A stretch of 36,136 nt of DNA, taken from NCBI RefSeq assembly GCF_001194135.2, contig NC_068994.1, positions 50,604,558-50,640,693 of the forward strand, read 5' to 3'. The DNA comes from Octopus bimaculoides. Lineage: Eukaryota. Below, piece by piece: positions 22,780 to 36,136 of this stretch (position 1 is the stretch's first letter; each line of letters begins with the position of its first letter). The position numbers and the translations under genes are program-made. Under the pieces are notes generated by a model. That model saw nothing but the letters and a program-made list of their open reading frames with translations, ran no database searches and was not told the DNA's origin.

Positions 22780-23400
22780 TGGTTCATAATCTACAAGGAT
22801 TCCATTCGCACCCTCGATATGCTTATGATAAAACAGGATTAACTCTTTTGGTACGTCCTGACATTGATTAATTTTGCCTGCAATATGACTTGTTACTTAC
22901 GATATCCGACTTGGGGAAGGAATAAAAGACAAAGTCCGAATCCGATGCCACTAAATACGGTTAAAGAGTTTCAGTCCGGCAATAATTTAACGGTTTAATA
23001 AATCTGGATCAAGACAGACTGTTCCAAGTGAATAAAGAAAGACTCCGGAGTGTCCAGGACAAGATGTACCAACATACAGAACCTAACTTGGTTGCACAGT
23101 TGACCCAGACACACAAGAGATACTCATGTCACCAATATGACAGGACCAGAGAGAATTGTTGATCAAATATATGTCTGAGCAGAGGCGTTCATGCATGGTG
23201 TATCTAGGATTGACTACATTCTCCAAAGTGTCCTTTCATTTTGCCATTTTTAAAACACAATATGTGATTTGGTTGTTATTCTTAGCAGATTGTCACCATG
23301 TAGAGAGACTCGTTCGTTTAGGACAAGACGTTCAGGTAAAGAATTCGAGGGAGATTTGGCTGCTATTTGCAGCAAAAGTGAGCCGCCTTGCTGACTCGAA
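22780..23400 (+). mobile_element. Decayed non-LTR retrotransposon ORF2, apurinic-endonuclease domain (L1/Tx1-like)
   Basis: TCT AGG ATT GAC TAC ATT CTC = SRIDYIL at 23203-23223, the conserved APE motif of LINE endonucleases. A degenerate GDFN-like stretch (FNGLINLDQDR) lies near 22985 and an SDH-like stretch (ADCHHV) near 23285. The frame is broken by stops and frameshifts. Confidence 0.55.
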
Positions 23401-24156
23401 CGGAGTATCGTTGTTGGTGGTGCCAGTTTTGGTGCATTCAGAATCAAAGAGATCCAAGATGAAGTGCGGAACGTTCAAACAAATGCCAACCAAGAACACA
23501 AGATGAGAAATCTGGTAAAAGAGACGAATATAATAATAATCGATTGTATCGGCTCAAATATATTACTGCTATTGACCGACGAGGCCAGAAACGCTAGTGG
23601 ACAATTTATACGCACGCACGCGCACACATACGCAAACTATCGATTTATTCAGCACTATTAATCAGTAAATAGCTCAGATCTCTTTCTCTCTCTCTCTCTC
23701 TCTTAGATTCAACTGTTTCACTTGTATTCTATATAGGTCGAGCCAACTTGGAAATTAATACTCTCAGTGGTTGTTCAACTTACAAGAAATAGCAACCCAA
23801 ACTCTCCTTCAAAGAACACTTCCGTCTTGAAAATGGACGGACACATACACACAAATATATATAATACGTATAAGCCATATTTACGGCGGGGTACCTCCTT
23901 TGATTACAGATGTTATCTGATCGGAGATTAAACAACAAAAACAAAATACTACCAAGTAAAGTAAGAAAGGTCTTTGAATCGGCGTTCAATCATTTCTGAA
24001 AGTCATGGTCCTCCCTCAACTAGTAATTTAACCCATGAGAGTAACGGATGGAGAGGACATCAAAAGGCCAGATTAAGAAATAGGTGACAATTCCACAAAA
24101 TCGACTTCGGAAAAAAAAAAAAGTAAAAAACGTATTAGTAATAATAGTCTTTAATT

Positions 24157-24300
24157 TAGGCACAAGATCAGTAATTTTGAGGATAGGAGGGGGAACCAGT
24201 CGATAAAATAAAGTAAGTACTGACGACTATTGTATCCATCCCAGTTCATTTTATTGACTACGAAAGCACGAAAGGCGAAATTAACTCAAGCGGGATTTGT
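24157..24300 (-). mobile_element. Family 2 SINE 3' half
   Basis: GGCACAAG...CAGTAATTTT...TTTTATTGAC...GAAAGGCGAAA...GGGATTTG. Confidence 0.55.
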
Positions 24301-24719
24301 TTGTCACACATTTTAGGGGTCGGAGAGAGAACAACCAATTCGACAGAAGCCACCAATGCTCATTTATATATATTTTTTATCAACCCGTAAAGAAATATAA
24401 AAAAAAAAGCTGGTCAGATTTGAATTGTTGTAAAAAAAAAAAAACAACAAAAAGGTACTTGAATACTGAGAGAGATTTCTATTTTAACCAGCGCTCTGTT
24501 GTTGCCTGTTCTGACACAGTCTTCTTTCAAATACCAAACCGAAACGATGATATAAACAAGTCAAACAAAAGCAAGCAAGCATGGCGAACGATTTTCTCAC
24601 TCGTTTCCAACTTCGCAACTGCTCCTCCCACGTTTATCTCTTTATAACTAAATCCAAGCTCTCATTACCACTGTTTAGTAGTTAATAAGATGGGAGGTGG
24701 GGGTAAGAGAAGAGAGAAG

Positions 24720-24940
24720 TGGATGGCAGACAGAATCAGTAGAGCACTGAACAACAAAATGCTTCTGCGGTTCAATTTAATAACGTCTCTTCGCAACTTC
24801 GAGTTCAAATCCCATCAGTTTTACTTTGCTTTCTTTGATTCTTGCATCAAGGATTGATTTGATCAAAGCAGCAGCAATTGTGTATGTACTGCGCTTAATT
24901 CAATCGATTACAAACTATTAACATCACCATATTCCTTGGT
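24720..24940 (+). mobile_element. Family 2 SINE, diverged
   Basis: GGCAGACAGAATCAGTAG...AAAATGCTT...GAGTTCAAATCCC...CAATCGATTAC. Confidence 0.55.
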
Positions 24941-26327
24941 TTAACCCCTCATCGAACTTATAATCAATCATAGGCGCTCCAGTTATGATCATTCCATCTT
25001 CTTGAGACAGTATTTACTAGAAAATCCATGTGTCCTATTTGATCGACTTGCAAGGAAAGAATTAAGTCACTAAATCTATATTTCTAACACACACACACAC
25101 ATTATATATATATATATAATCCAATTTCTTAGTCTTCTTTCAAAAGTTGATAGGAAAATAATCGAGACGACGATTGCAATTCAAACTATCTGTTGTATTC
25201 AATACAGAATATTGGATACAACAGATATAATTTGTAACCAATACAAAATAAACAAGCACTATCGGTTCACCAACACCATCACTGCCATTAAAATTATCCT
25301 TTTCTCTTCTTGTCTTTCAATGAAATGAAATTCGTAGCATCATGCAAATAACTACAAAAGAATTATCTTTTTTTTTTTAATATGAAATGAAATAAAAATT
25401 AGAAATTTAATATTTTGGAAATATAGCTTTAAATGGAGGTTGAAGGGGAACATGCATGCAAATATGATGGAATTATTACTACACAAATATTTAACACAAA
25501 ATATGTAAACTATAATAATAACTGTGATTAAGATTAAGAGAGACCTGAAGTAGATTTATAATTTTGTAGATTAAAATTAAAACTCACAAAAGAGCCTAGT
25601 AGTCGACGACTAAGGAAGGGATTCTGCATTTAAAACTAATTTAAATATAATAATTGTCCAAGTATGGAAGGAAAAATCAAACTAGATGGATTACAATTAC
25701 ACACACACACACACATTTAGGGAGTGGCTTTTTGTTTTCAAGTTCTAAGGAATGCACACACCACTGAACTAAAATTATAAGATTTAAAACAAGTCCTCAT
25801 CATTGTGTAGGCTGCTTTCTTCCTTTTAAAATCCTATTATTACACACAAATCATTATAAGTCAATGAGTATATATATACACACTTGGTTGAATTGATATT
25901 TTCGTTGCTGAGCAGAAACAAAAATCAGAAATGTAGGAAGGGCGATGTAGAAAAGAAAGTGAAATTAACATTATATATACATATACAATGATGTGTATTT
26001 GGTGGGAATGTAGATGGAGAGAGAGAGACAAAGGGGGGTTCGTGGAACAAGCAAGAGTAACAATACTTAATGCAGAAATATAAATACTTTTCTGTATTTC
26101 ATCGGTACAGAAGTGAGTCAAGGACCGAGAGTTTAGTGCTTAGCAATTTGATCAGTGCCATGCACGACTCTCGGCCCCTCGAGTCGTCACTTAAGGAACT
26201 TTATACTGATTAAAAGTTTGAAAAAACAAAAAAGTGTGCGCATACATATATATGTATACGATACATAATCTTATTTTTAGTCTCATGTGTGTGTGTGTGT
26301 GTATATACATGTATATATACACACATG

Positions 26328-26411
<84 letters not shown>

Positions 26412-26910
26412 CAACTAAGAGTATAAGAAACTACACGCAATCGGATTTCTTGCTTGTGAAATAGATGAAGGAGAAAGAAATAGACATGCATTGTGTACAG
26501 CCTTCTCTCTCTCTTTCTATCTATCTATCTATCTACCTACATAACACGCACATATCTATATGCCCCTCACTTCTTTCATTCTTACTGCCCTCCACCAAAT
26601 CTTTCTAACCTACTACTCTTTCCATCAGACACAAAAAAATACACGCACCACTATAACCCTCCTTTTCCTTCTCTCTATTTCTGTACAGTTATAAATTCTA
26701 CACGGTACTCGGCAGTGTCTATGTGCCAGAAAACAATCTCGGTACTCCTTCATGTCAGTGTTAATTTGCATAAAAGCGGGACCTGGATGATATTATATTC
26801 TATGCCCGCCCGCTGCAAAGAAATAGGCAGTGGCAGGTTGGCTCAACTGGATGGTTTGGTACTAGCAACTTAAAACTTTCCATAGCCGTTATTATTATCA
26901 AGAAGGTACA

Positions 26911-26951
<41 letters not shown>

Positions 26952-27119
26952 NNNNNNNNNNATATAACAAGCAAGCATGTTTATCACACACAGAGCCAAT
27001 GTCGATAAAACAGACACACACACACACACACATTAAAAACACATAACTATGGCTTGAATTTCAAAAATCATACAATAGAAACTGACGGGTGAATCAGAGC
27101 CTCAACGTGGCCGGTTGGT

Positions 27120-27470
27120 ATGCTAGAAATAGCAGCCAATTTGCCCGCTACTGCCTTCAAAATATGGAACATTATAGTATGTAGTCCGAACTTACAATAC
27201 TATGTCTGCACAAAAAAAAAAAAGCCGGGATAGTCACGGCCAGATCGTCAATGCTAACCTTGAGGATTAAAGAACAGCATTAGCATCTAGCATCACAACA
27301 AAACCAAATGAGTGGCAATCAAACAGCCATAAATAGCAGCAGTAAATATATCCCTCAATCCACATCCTCAATATCTTAAAACGAGAGGTCATGGCTACAA
27401 CACTTTTTCAATCACATTCGATCGGCCCGATGAGAGCCAACTTGTAACTAACTAAACAACAACAACAAAT
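27120..27470 (+). repeat. Dispersed repeat family 4 ((AAC)n-tailed, probably a retroposon)
   Basis: ATGCTAGAAATAGCAGCCAA...TAGTCACGGC...AAATAGCAGC...AAACAACAACAAC. Related stretches lie at ~15390-15545, 19940-19990, 23784-23830 and 33395-33590. Confidence 0.5.
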
Positions 27471-27831
27471 ACATTAATTCAAACAAAACAATATTTAACA
27501 ACACAAAACTTTCACTTGTCATAGGCAATTTAGCAATTTAGTTGGGGTTAATTTTCCTATTCAAGAAAAAACCTTTTTGCGGATATAATAGCACCATAAC
27601 CAAATGTTATGATGGCTTAAAGACGACCATTGGTTGTTTTGCTGCCATTTAGTTACTTCCTTAATCTTCAATCCTTTACTACTGATGAAGAAAAAAAACC
27701 AAAAGATTTTGATAATATGGTAACTTCCTAGCCACACCTTGATAAACGATTTTTTTTTCTTTTAAATATATAAAATGTCTTGCACATACTATATAGACTA
27801 TATGTATTTCATATATATATATGAAATACAT

Positions 27832-28020
27832 TGTTTCTTTTTCTCTCTCCCCGTTTTTTTTTCTTTCATTCTCTCCGTTTTCCCCCTTATTCCTTTCTGC
27901 TGAAGAGCATATGCTCGAAACGTAAAAGACTTTTCAATTTTTCCCGAGCGTTAAACGAAAACACCTGCTTGTTGTTCCTACACCTGTCTTCGTCTTTTGT
28001 CTTTCTGTTATTTTGAACTA
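27832..28020 (+). mobile_element. Dispersed repeat resembling a Penelope-like element terminal fragment
   Basis: Contains CTGAAGAG-CATATGCT-CGAAACGTA, the type of motif found in Penelope pLTRs, and is flanked by TA-rich sequence. The family assignment is inferred from this motif only. Confidence 0.4.
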
Positions 28021-29199
28021 CAAATATATACATGACAGAGAGATCGCCTTATATACAGATGTATATACACGCACATGTATATAAAGTATACACACTACAT
28101 AAATACAATCAGCGTTTTCTGCATTCCTAAAGATCAAAATATTCTAAAAGATGACCTGCAACAACCAGAGTACTTAGGTGACAGAATGGCGCGAGCACGC
28201 ACACAGTATATAATGTACAAATACCATGGGGCTCTGGAGGATTAAGTCAAATATGTTTAAAAAAAGGAGGAAGAGTAAAAAGTTTATGAGGAGTGGAGAT
28301 GAGAGGAATGGACGAGTCGAGGAAAATAAGAAGGCAAAGATGAAACTGAAGTGTACAAACAAAAATAATAAAATGACACGAAAAGCGGTGAATAAAATTA
28401 TACATATAAATGTCTATCTAGTTCGCCGGCTCGTTGACAATGGCACGGGAAAAAACTTGCCAATGTATTATAAAGCAAACGGGTAGTGATAAAAAAAGTA
28501 GGGTAGAAAATTGCATCGACGACCGTTTTCGTATTTACACCGGTCTACAAAAAAAAAGAAAGAGAAAGAAACCGGTGTTCCGTAACTTAGAATTTCGACA
28601 AATAGGGATCAATAAAATAATACCAGACTGGAAAAATAAAACACAAATGATCGAAGAAACAGCTTTTAAATGCGACAACACACACATATATGTGTGTGTG
28701 TTTTATACGCTTGGTTTCCGAAACTATAGCTATAATCTGAGGATAAAACCATTTAACAGGTCTCGATTAGATAGATCAATACTGAATCGCTAACAAAGCG
28801 GTACATTTCCATTTGAAATTATGAAGAATTGCTAAGAATAATAATGAACATGTGCTGACGGTGGTCCTACGAGTTGGATTACCCCAAAAATAAAAAAAAA
28901 TCCGTAAGCATCGACCTACATATTTAACAGTACAAGACTTGGTTTTATCTTCCTTCATAGACATTATTATTATCATCAAACAAAACGACCAAACTGACTC
29001 CTTTTAGTTTTTCTTTGTCAACAAACGAAAAGACGATACTGGAGTATTGCATTTGGAGTACGCACATTAATTAGTCTATCTTTCTCACACATACATTACA
29101 TTCGTATGTGTATATGCATATATATTTTTTCACGTGTAAGTGTAGCTAGCAATTAACGCATACACATCCATTCGACAGTCATTAGACACAAACGTACAT

Positions 29200-29414
29200 A
29201 TACACACTATATATATATATATACACACATTTGACGTGCACACACACACACGCACGCATCTCTCTCTCTCTATATATATATATACATACACACACCTATA
29301 TATATATTCACACACACACACCTATATATATATATTCACACACACCTATATATATATATATATATTCACACACACACTATATATATATATATATATATAT
29401 ATATTCACACACAC

Positions 29415-29454
<40 letters not shown>

Positions 29455-29518
29455 TACNNNNNNNNNNNNNNNNNNNNNNNNNNNNNNNNNNNNNNNNNNN
29501 NNNNNNNNNNNNNNNNNN

Positions 29519-29560
<42 letters not shown>
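29200..29560. repeat. Compound minisatellite of (TA)n-TTCACACACAC units spanning a 61-N gap
   Basis: Repeated ...TATATATTCACACACAC(A)C(C/A)TATATA units. N run at 29458-29518. Confidence 0.9.
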
Positions 29561-29563
<3 letters not shown>

Positions 29564-30109
29564 TCCATCTGACGCATATATATATATATATGAAAGTATT
29601 GACACATATCCTTAAGTACACACACACACACAAATCCAGCTATAGCACGTTACACAACTGTGTGCGTGCGTGTGTGTAATAATCATAATTCTTCATTGGC
29701 TATATATGCAATCACAATCGATTGCTAATTAAGAAAATGTATTCACCATCAGCAAAATTTAAGGAGGAGATAGGATGATGAGAAAAATATTCAAACCAAG
29801 ACGACTAATGACGAAAGGAGAGGCTGAATGGAATTAGCTTAGAATATCTGCTGCAAGACTCATCATCAGCAACTAAGATAATAGACGGTTGATCTTAGTC
29901 AAACGTTGTTTGTTATTTTGGGAGGAGGCGTGGAATTCATGCATAATATATTCAGAAACGTCTGGTGCAGGACACTGAAGTTTTTACTTCCTTGCAAACT
30001 GTTTTGTTGTTTGGCTAACACTGTACTTCTATTGGAGACCACGTTCTGTACTTTTCTCAGTATGTGTGCAGTGTAAGCATGCGCGTGTGTATGTGATACA
30101 CACTATATT

Positions 30110-30146
<37 letters not shown>

Positions 30147-30156
30147 NNNNNNNNNN

Positions 30157-30194
<38 letters not shown>

Positions 30195-30454
30195 TCACGG
30201 GGAATAAACTACCTATTTGGTCCGTTTTATAAATAAATCTATAACCACCACCAATTATAATAATAATAAAATAAACCTTTGTACACAAATTTTAAGAAAG
30301 TAGTAACCACAATCAAATCATGGTACTTTCCTTCCGCTTTGATGAGATAGATTTATTTCTAATTATTCAAGTTGTGAATATATCTAGCCATTAAACAGAA
30401 AAAACACTTTATTTTTCACACGCCGGTCACGGAACTAAAGAAACACGTATATAC

Positions 30455-30486
<32 letters not shown>

Positions 30487-31156
30487 ATATACATACATAC
30501 ACACATACGTTTGTGTGTATACATATGACACATGTGTGTACATGTGCTAGTGCGTTCGTGTACAAGTGCACGTGTGTGTATCTAAATCACAACTTTCAAC
30601 ACCTTTCCTACCGCCCTTTTCCGTCCATATAAGACACCTCCCGTATATACTGGGCTTCTAACTAAATCATATGAACGAAAGTTAAGGGACCATTTTGTAT
30701 AAATTTTCCATTCTGTGATAGAGCCATAATTACTGCAATCCAGTAATGTGAGAGGCGGGGAGAGTGTACCAAATTATTTTTAGCCATATATATATATATA
30801 TATATATATTATAAAATGGTATACCACAAACATGAAGATCGTGAAAGATATATATGTATAATTATTACCATAATAAGATGAACAAGAAGAAATAAAATGC
30901 ATTTAGCTGGGCGAACTATTTGCAGGAAATAATCAAGTCAAGGTTAATTATCATTTCACTCTGAACAATAATCGATTTTAGAGATGGCAGAGGTGGTCGG
31001 AGCTAACTTAGGTTTATAGGCGGCAACAAAGCAGTGAAGAACCAAAAAAAGAAAAGACGAAACAAAATACAGATTTCATTCGACAAAGAAAGAAATCTAT
31101 AAAGGTCAATATACCTTTATAACGTAATAATATTAACAATAATAATTCTCTCTAAT

Positions 31157-31496
31157 TTTCGTACTAGGCCAGCAATATATGAGAGGAGAGGGCAAGTCAA
31201 TTATATCGACCTCAATACTTAGACTGGTACTTCATCTTACTTCAAAATGTAAAAGAGCCGGAAAAAATGCCGCTAAGCATTTTATCCGACGTGCTAACAA
31301 TTTTGCCAGCTAAACTGCCTTTGTAATTAAAAACCCTTTCTGCTATACTATAGGCAAAAGTTCTGAATTTTTTTTTTTTTTTTGGTGGGGGGCGGAACTA
31401 ATCGATTATATCGAACCTCAATACTCCACTGATACTTATTTTATCGACCTCAAAAGGATGAAAGGCAAAGCCGACTTCAGTGGGATTTGAACTCCG
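31157..31496 (-). mobile_element. Two adjacent family 2 SINEs (31157-31321 and 31351-31496; the second runs into an N gap)
   Basis: CGCTAAGCATTTTATCCGACGTGCTAACAATTTTGCCAGC and TTATTTTATCGACC...AAAGGATGAAAGGCAAAG...GGGATTTGAACTC are reverse complements of the family 2 head and body. Confidence 0.75.
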
Positions 31497-31646
31497 NNNN
31501 NNNNNNNNNNNNNNNNNNNNNNNNNNNNNNNNNNNNNNNNNNNNNNNNNNNNNNNNNNNNNNNNNNNNNNNNNNNNNNNNNNNNNNNNNNNNNNNNNNNN
31601 NNNNNNNNNNNNNNNNNNNNNNNNNNNNNNNNNNNNNNNNNNNNNA
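31497..31646. other. Assembly gap (150 N). Other gaps at 21942-21956, 26952-26961, 29458-29518 and 30147-30156
   Basis: N runs, all adjacent to simple repeats or SINEs. Confidence 1.
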
Positions 31647-32285
31647 TGATTGACACTAACATGTAAAAGATATATTTGTTGTCGCTAATATGAAGATTGC
31701 AGGATATTTAGTAGATTCCTTGTTCGTTCAGACGAACATGTTCGTTCGTTGACATAGTTTTTCTTTTTTTCCTTTTAATTCCGACATCAGTTGAAAATAT
31801 AACTACCATATTTTTCTCGCACTTTCCAATCCTTTGTCTTTTAGACTTACACACACAGAAATTTTGAAAATAAAAAATATATATTTCTATTGTATATTAA
31901 AACGGAAAATAAAACACACACACACTGAACTGTTATGAATTTCGAATTACATATAACAAGTGGAAACAGGATTTTTTTTTAATGCATTAAATTAGATTTA
32001 AATTTGAATTATTGTTAAATTAGGGATAAGAAATACTATCATTGGTAGGCTTCGAGCCTAAACTGCAGGCGCAGAGTGAATAAAGGATTTTTAAAAACGA
32101 GATCCGTTTGAATCGGACAAGGCAAAACTACACATGGTAAAATTTCTAGCCAGCTTTATACTCACACATACATATATATATATATACCACACATGTATAA
32201 ACACACACGTGTGTTTATGGAGATTTACATATATATATATATATATATATATATAAACACATTAATCCAATATAACGCAGTCGCT

Positions 32286-32331
<46 letters not shown>

Positions 32332-33599
32332 TAGATATATGATCTGTGTATATGTACTTATGTGTGCGCGTGTGTATCACCACTGCCAGCCACCATATCA
32401 GTACGGCAACCAACCAACAATGCTTTGCTTTCTTTCATATAGTGTTTGGCTCACTTGGCTTTCGCTCTTTTATAATGAATATAATAATGGCACAGTGGAA
32501 TCGCTCTTAAATTGGCCACCGTGCCTGCTGGATGGCGCTGAAGCTGATGATCTAAGCTTAGCTGTATTGTGTGTTTGGTTTATTTAGCATAGCATGCCAT
32601 GGCACTGAAGGATTCACCACTTTCCTACTTATTTTCATTTCGCGCTGTCGATCGCTTTATTTTTTTTTATATATATATATACACAAGTATACATGCGTGT
32701 ACGTGTGTTATATATATGTGTGTGTACATATGTGTATATATGCAAGTGCCTGTTTGTGTATTTCTTGCGTGTGATTATTATCACAATGTGTTTATGTGTC
32801 TTTCGTGCGCTTTTAAAGAGTGAATAATTTGGGATATATAATATACATACACGCTTATGTACAACTTATATTATTACTTTGTTGTAGATTTTTAAATGAT
32901 CGATGAAACTTAGAAAAGGAACGTCCACAACAGAGAAGAGAAATCTACATATGTATGCGTATGTATGTATGTCTGAGAAAGACAGAGAGAGCGTATGTAG
33001 ATATACATGAGTATATATATGAAGTCGAAAAAGACTAACTGCATGTTTTAAGTTGGAAAACTCTCCCAGTTAGATTAATTTGAATGGCGAAGAGTGGAAA
33101 TGGAGTGATAGGAAGTAAAAGACTGTGGAATGGAAGTGCATTTAGCCGCCGTCAGCCTTGGTGATTACCCCCCCTCTCCATTCTCTCTTTCTACATCTTG
33201 CTATCACCACGCTTACCATACTATACCACCACCACCACCAGCATAGAAAGAATCGCTACCGTTGCGATTTAAAGAGCCATTATGATGATCAACATCACAA
33301 CCACCACCACCACCGTCATCATCATCATCATCACCGCCACCTCCTTTTTGCCCCACTAGCGAGACTTAAGTCTCAACAAGGTCGTACCTCATGCTCGAAA
33401 TAGCAGCCTAATTTACATAAAAAAAACTACGAACTACTATCATAAACTGGAGGAAAAGAAAAACAGGAAGGGCACACAGAATATCGTAGCCCCAGGTGAA
33501 TAAGACGGGAATGTTTCGGCTCGAACGTGTTTAGACCAGACTAGGGATGAACATCAACACTAGCAATGCCAACCATCACCATCATCAACAACTAAGGTC

Positions 33600-33646
<47 letters not shown>

Positions 33647-33942
33647 ATTCGCTATTTAGTAGTTGATTCCTTTAGTATAGTATATTTTGATCGATACATC
33701 CAAACACTGAAGTTTAGACTATATAAACACACATATCTTTTAGTGGGATCCTAGTTACTGTACTACGGCCATGCTGGGGCACCGTCTCCACGCAAAACAT
33801 TATACATAATGCATACACATATTCATATCGCTTTAGATATTTGTCTAAAACGCATCTGATCACAATGAAATCATAACGAAAATCTTCCGTTTGCACAGAT
33901 GTGACTGATCGGAACACATTTACATACACACACAAAGATATA

Positions 33943-33988
<46 letters not shown>

Positions 33989-34797
33989 GAGAGAGAGAGA
34001 GATCAAAGCACAAAGAAAGCAAAAGGGAAAGAACAAATAGAAAGGTGATTTAACAATTAATTAAATACATTAGACGATATCAAATAATTTTTTGTTCCCA
34101 TTCGACACCTAATTCATTATATACAAAGCAGCCTTAGTATTATAATAGTATAAAGATATATGAATCTATGTTTTATATATTAAGTTTCACTCCTGTAATC
34201 GGATGGTTTAATTTTGCCCCTAGTTGGCGCCGTATTAATTTTAACCCTGTAAACTATAAAGTTGTGCTTCATAAACACATAGATTATACACACTACATCA
34301 TATATATATATACATATTTATATATGTATATATATATATGAAGATTCGAGATAATCAAGTTAAGAGCGATTGATTTACACATGAGATTGAATCTAATAAG
34401 AAAAGCGATGGCGGGCACCGTCGATGTTTCTTTATAGTATAATATAATCAAATACGACCGTCGCTGTCATCTTGACAAAATATAAATGTGTGTGTGTGTG
34501 TGTGTGCTTGGAATTTAAATTTAAATGGTTGAAGAGACTGGAATATTTATTTTTAATTCTCTATGAAGATGGAGTAAAAAGATTTAGTAATGTGGAAAGG
34601 TAGGAAAGTGGGGAGGGCGAATAAAAAAATTAAAATATTTGGAGCGGGAGAGCTGCAAAAGAGATAATAGGAAAAAGAGGGGGGGACCCGACGCGCACTC
34701 ACAATCACTACACATACATGTACACACATATACGTGGAAATACACACACACATCAATACATAAACATTTCTTTTCTATACTTATATTATATATACTT

Positions 34798-34836
<39 letters not shown>

Positions 34837-36136
34837 CATTTACACGTGTATGTACAGAGAAACATTTGCCTACAAAAGACTCTTAATTAAAGATGTATAC
34901 TAGATGTATATATGTGTGTGTGTGTGGATTATATAGATGCGTATATTATATACATTTACAGTGTAAATGTGCATCCAGATATACAAAAAACAATATATAA
35001 TAGAGCTTAGACATTTACATACTTAAACATAAGCAGTGGGGAATATTTAAAAGAATAAAAACAGGAACAGAACTAGGCAACACCAACAGCAATTAATAAA
35101 TCATATTTAAGAAATCTATGTGTGTGTGTGTTACATATTTCATATAATAATAACGGGTTGCAAAGAATGATACAGTAGTAAGCAAAATACGAAAATATAA
35201 ATACATATAAATATTGCACATATATATAGATAGATTTCAACGGCAAGTGCTCCAGCATTGGCTTAGCCTTCATGGCCAAACCGAACTTGAAAACACACAT
35301 AATTCGATATATATATATATAAGTATAACTATATATATATATACACGATATAAAACGATACACATAAATAAATGGATAGATAATAATAAATATATATACC
35401 TTGATAAAACCGATAATTTAAAAGCAGGGGTAAAAATATATCCTCCGTCAGCGGTCGACTTTTAATAATTATCTCTCCCTCTCTTTCTTTCTCCCTCCCT
35501 CTCTCTTTCGTTCTCTTTCTTTCTCACTCACTCGCTTTCTCTCTCTCCCTCTTTCTCTCTCAAGTGGTTTTTGTTATAGTTTCCTCTATTTTCACGCTTC
35601 TTCCACAGATTGGTTAATTGGTTGGGGGGGGGAGTATGGATTTTTGCGGTGGAGGGGGTATTTTGTTGTATTTTTTTTTTCTTTTCTGTTACAGAAACAA
35701 TTAAATTCCTTTTTTTTTTTTGGTTGTTATTTTTTTTTTCAAATTTGAAATTAAATAAATTCCTTTTCAGACGAAAAAATTCATTCCTTTCACTCCGTAT
35801 ATAAATATACAATATATGATATACACATATATCTATCTATACATATATATGTATATACATATATATATATATGTATTATATATATATATAAATTTTTCCT
35901 TGCTTCAATAAACAAAGCTATATAATCCTATATATTTCTATATATATATATATAATATATAAGTATTATCTGCAATGCCTAAAACAAACACAGACACTGA
36001 ACAGAAAACCAGAGCTTAAAATATGTAATGTCATGGGGGGTAAAAATTTGGCAATGGACAAGGCTTTTCTGATCTTAATAACATAAATCACCAAGATTGA
36101 ACAACAACAACAACAACAGCAAACATACATATACCT

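Noticed and set aside
23156-23506. 116-aa + strand ORF
   Set aside because: Lies in the decayed LINE fragment. The SRIDYIL motif is in a different frame, so this is not an intact gene.
33158-33403. His-rich 81-aa ORF
   Set aside because: Product of (CAC)n/(CAT)n microsatellites.

Overview
AT-rich eukaryotic genomic DNA saturated with microsatellites ((TA)n, (CA)n, (GA)n, (TTA)n, (CAT)n), with five N gaps. The recurring tRNA-headed SINE-like repeats look like the families I know from Octopus genomes, so a cephalopod origin is inferred but not verified. The left ~8 kb is visibly CpG-poor and probably holds two convergent spliced genes: the 3' end of a + strand gene (candidate exons 20-218, 278-334, 688-812) and a small-exon - strand gene (best-supported exons 3561-3606 and 3009-3255; less certain exons up to ~8062). 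I cannot name either product. The remaining ~28 kb retains its CpGs and looks intergenic or intronic, containing SINEs, a decayed LINE endonuclease fragment, a Penelope-like fragment with a hammerhead-ribozyme-like core, minisatellites and only weak exon candidates. Nearly all ORFs in the supplied track are translations of simple repeats. I found no demonstrable new biological system. The best leads are the hammerhead-like motif, the modular SINEs, the inverted SINE pair in a putative intron, and a speculative PHD-like reading of the - strand gene. Repeat boundaries are by eye (about +/-10 nt), and exon models are manual and not unique.
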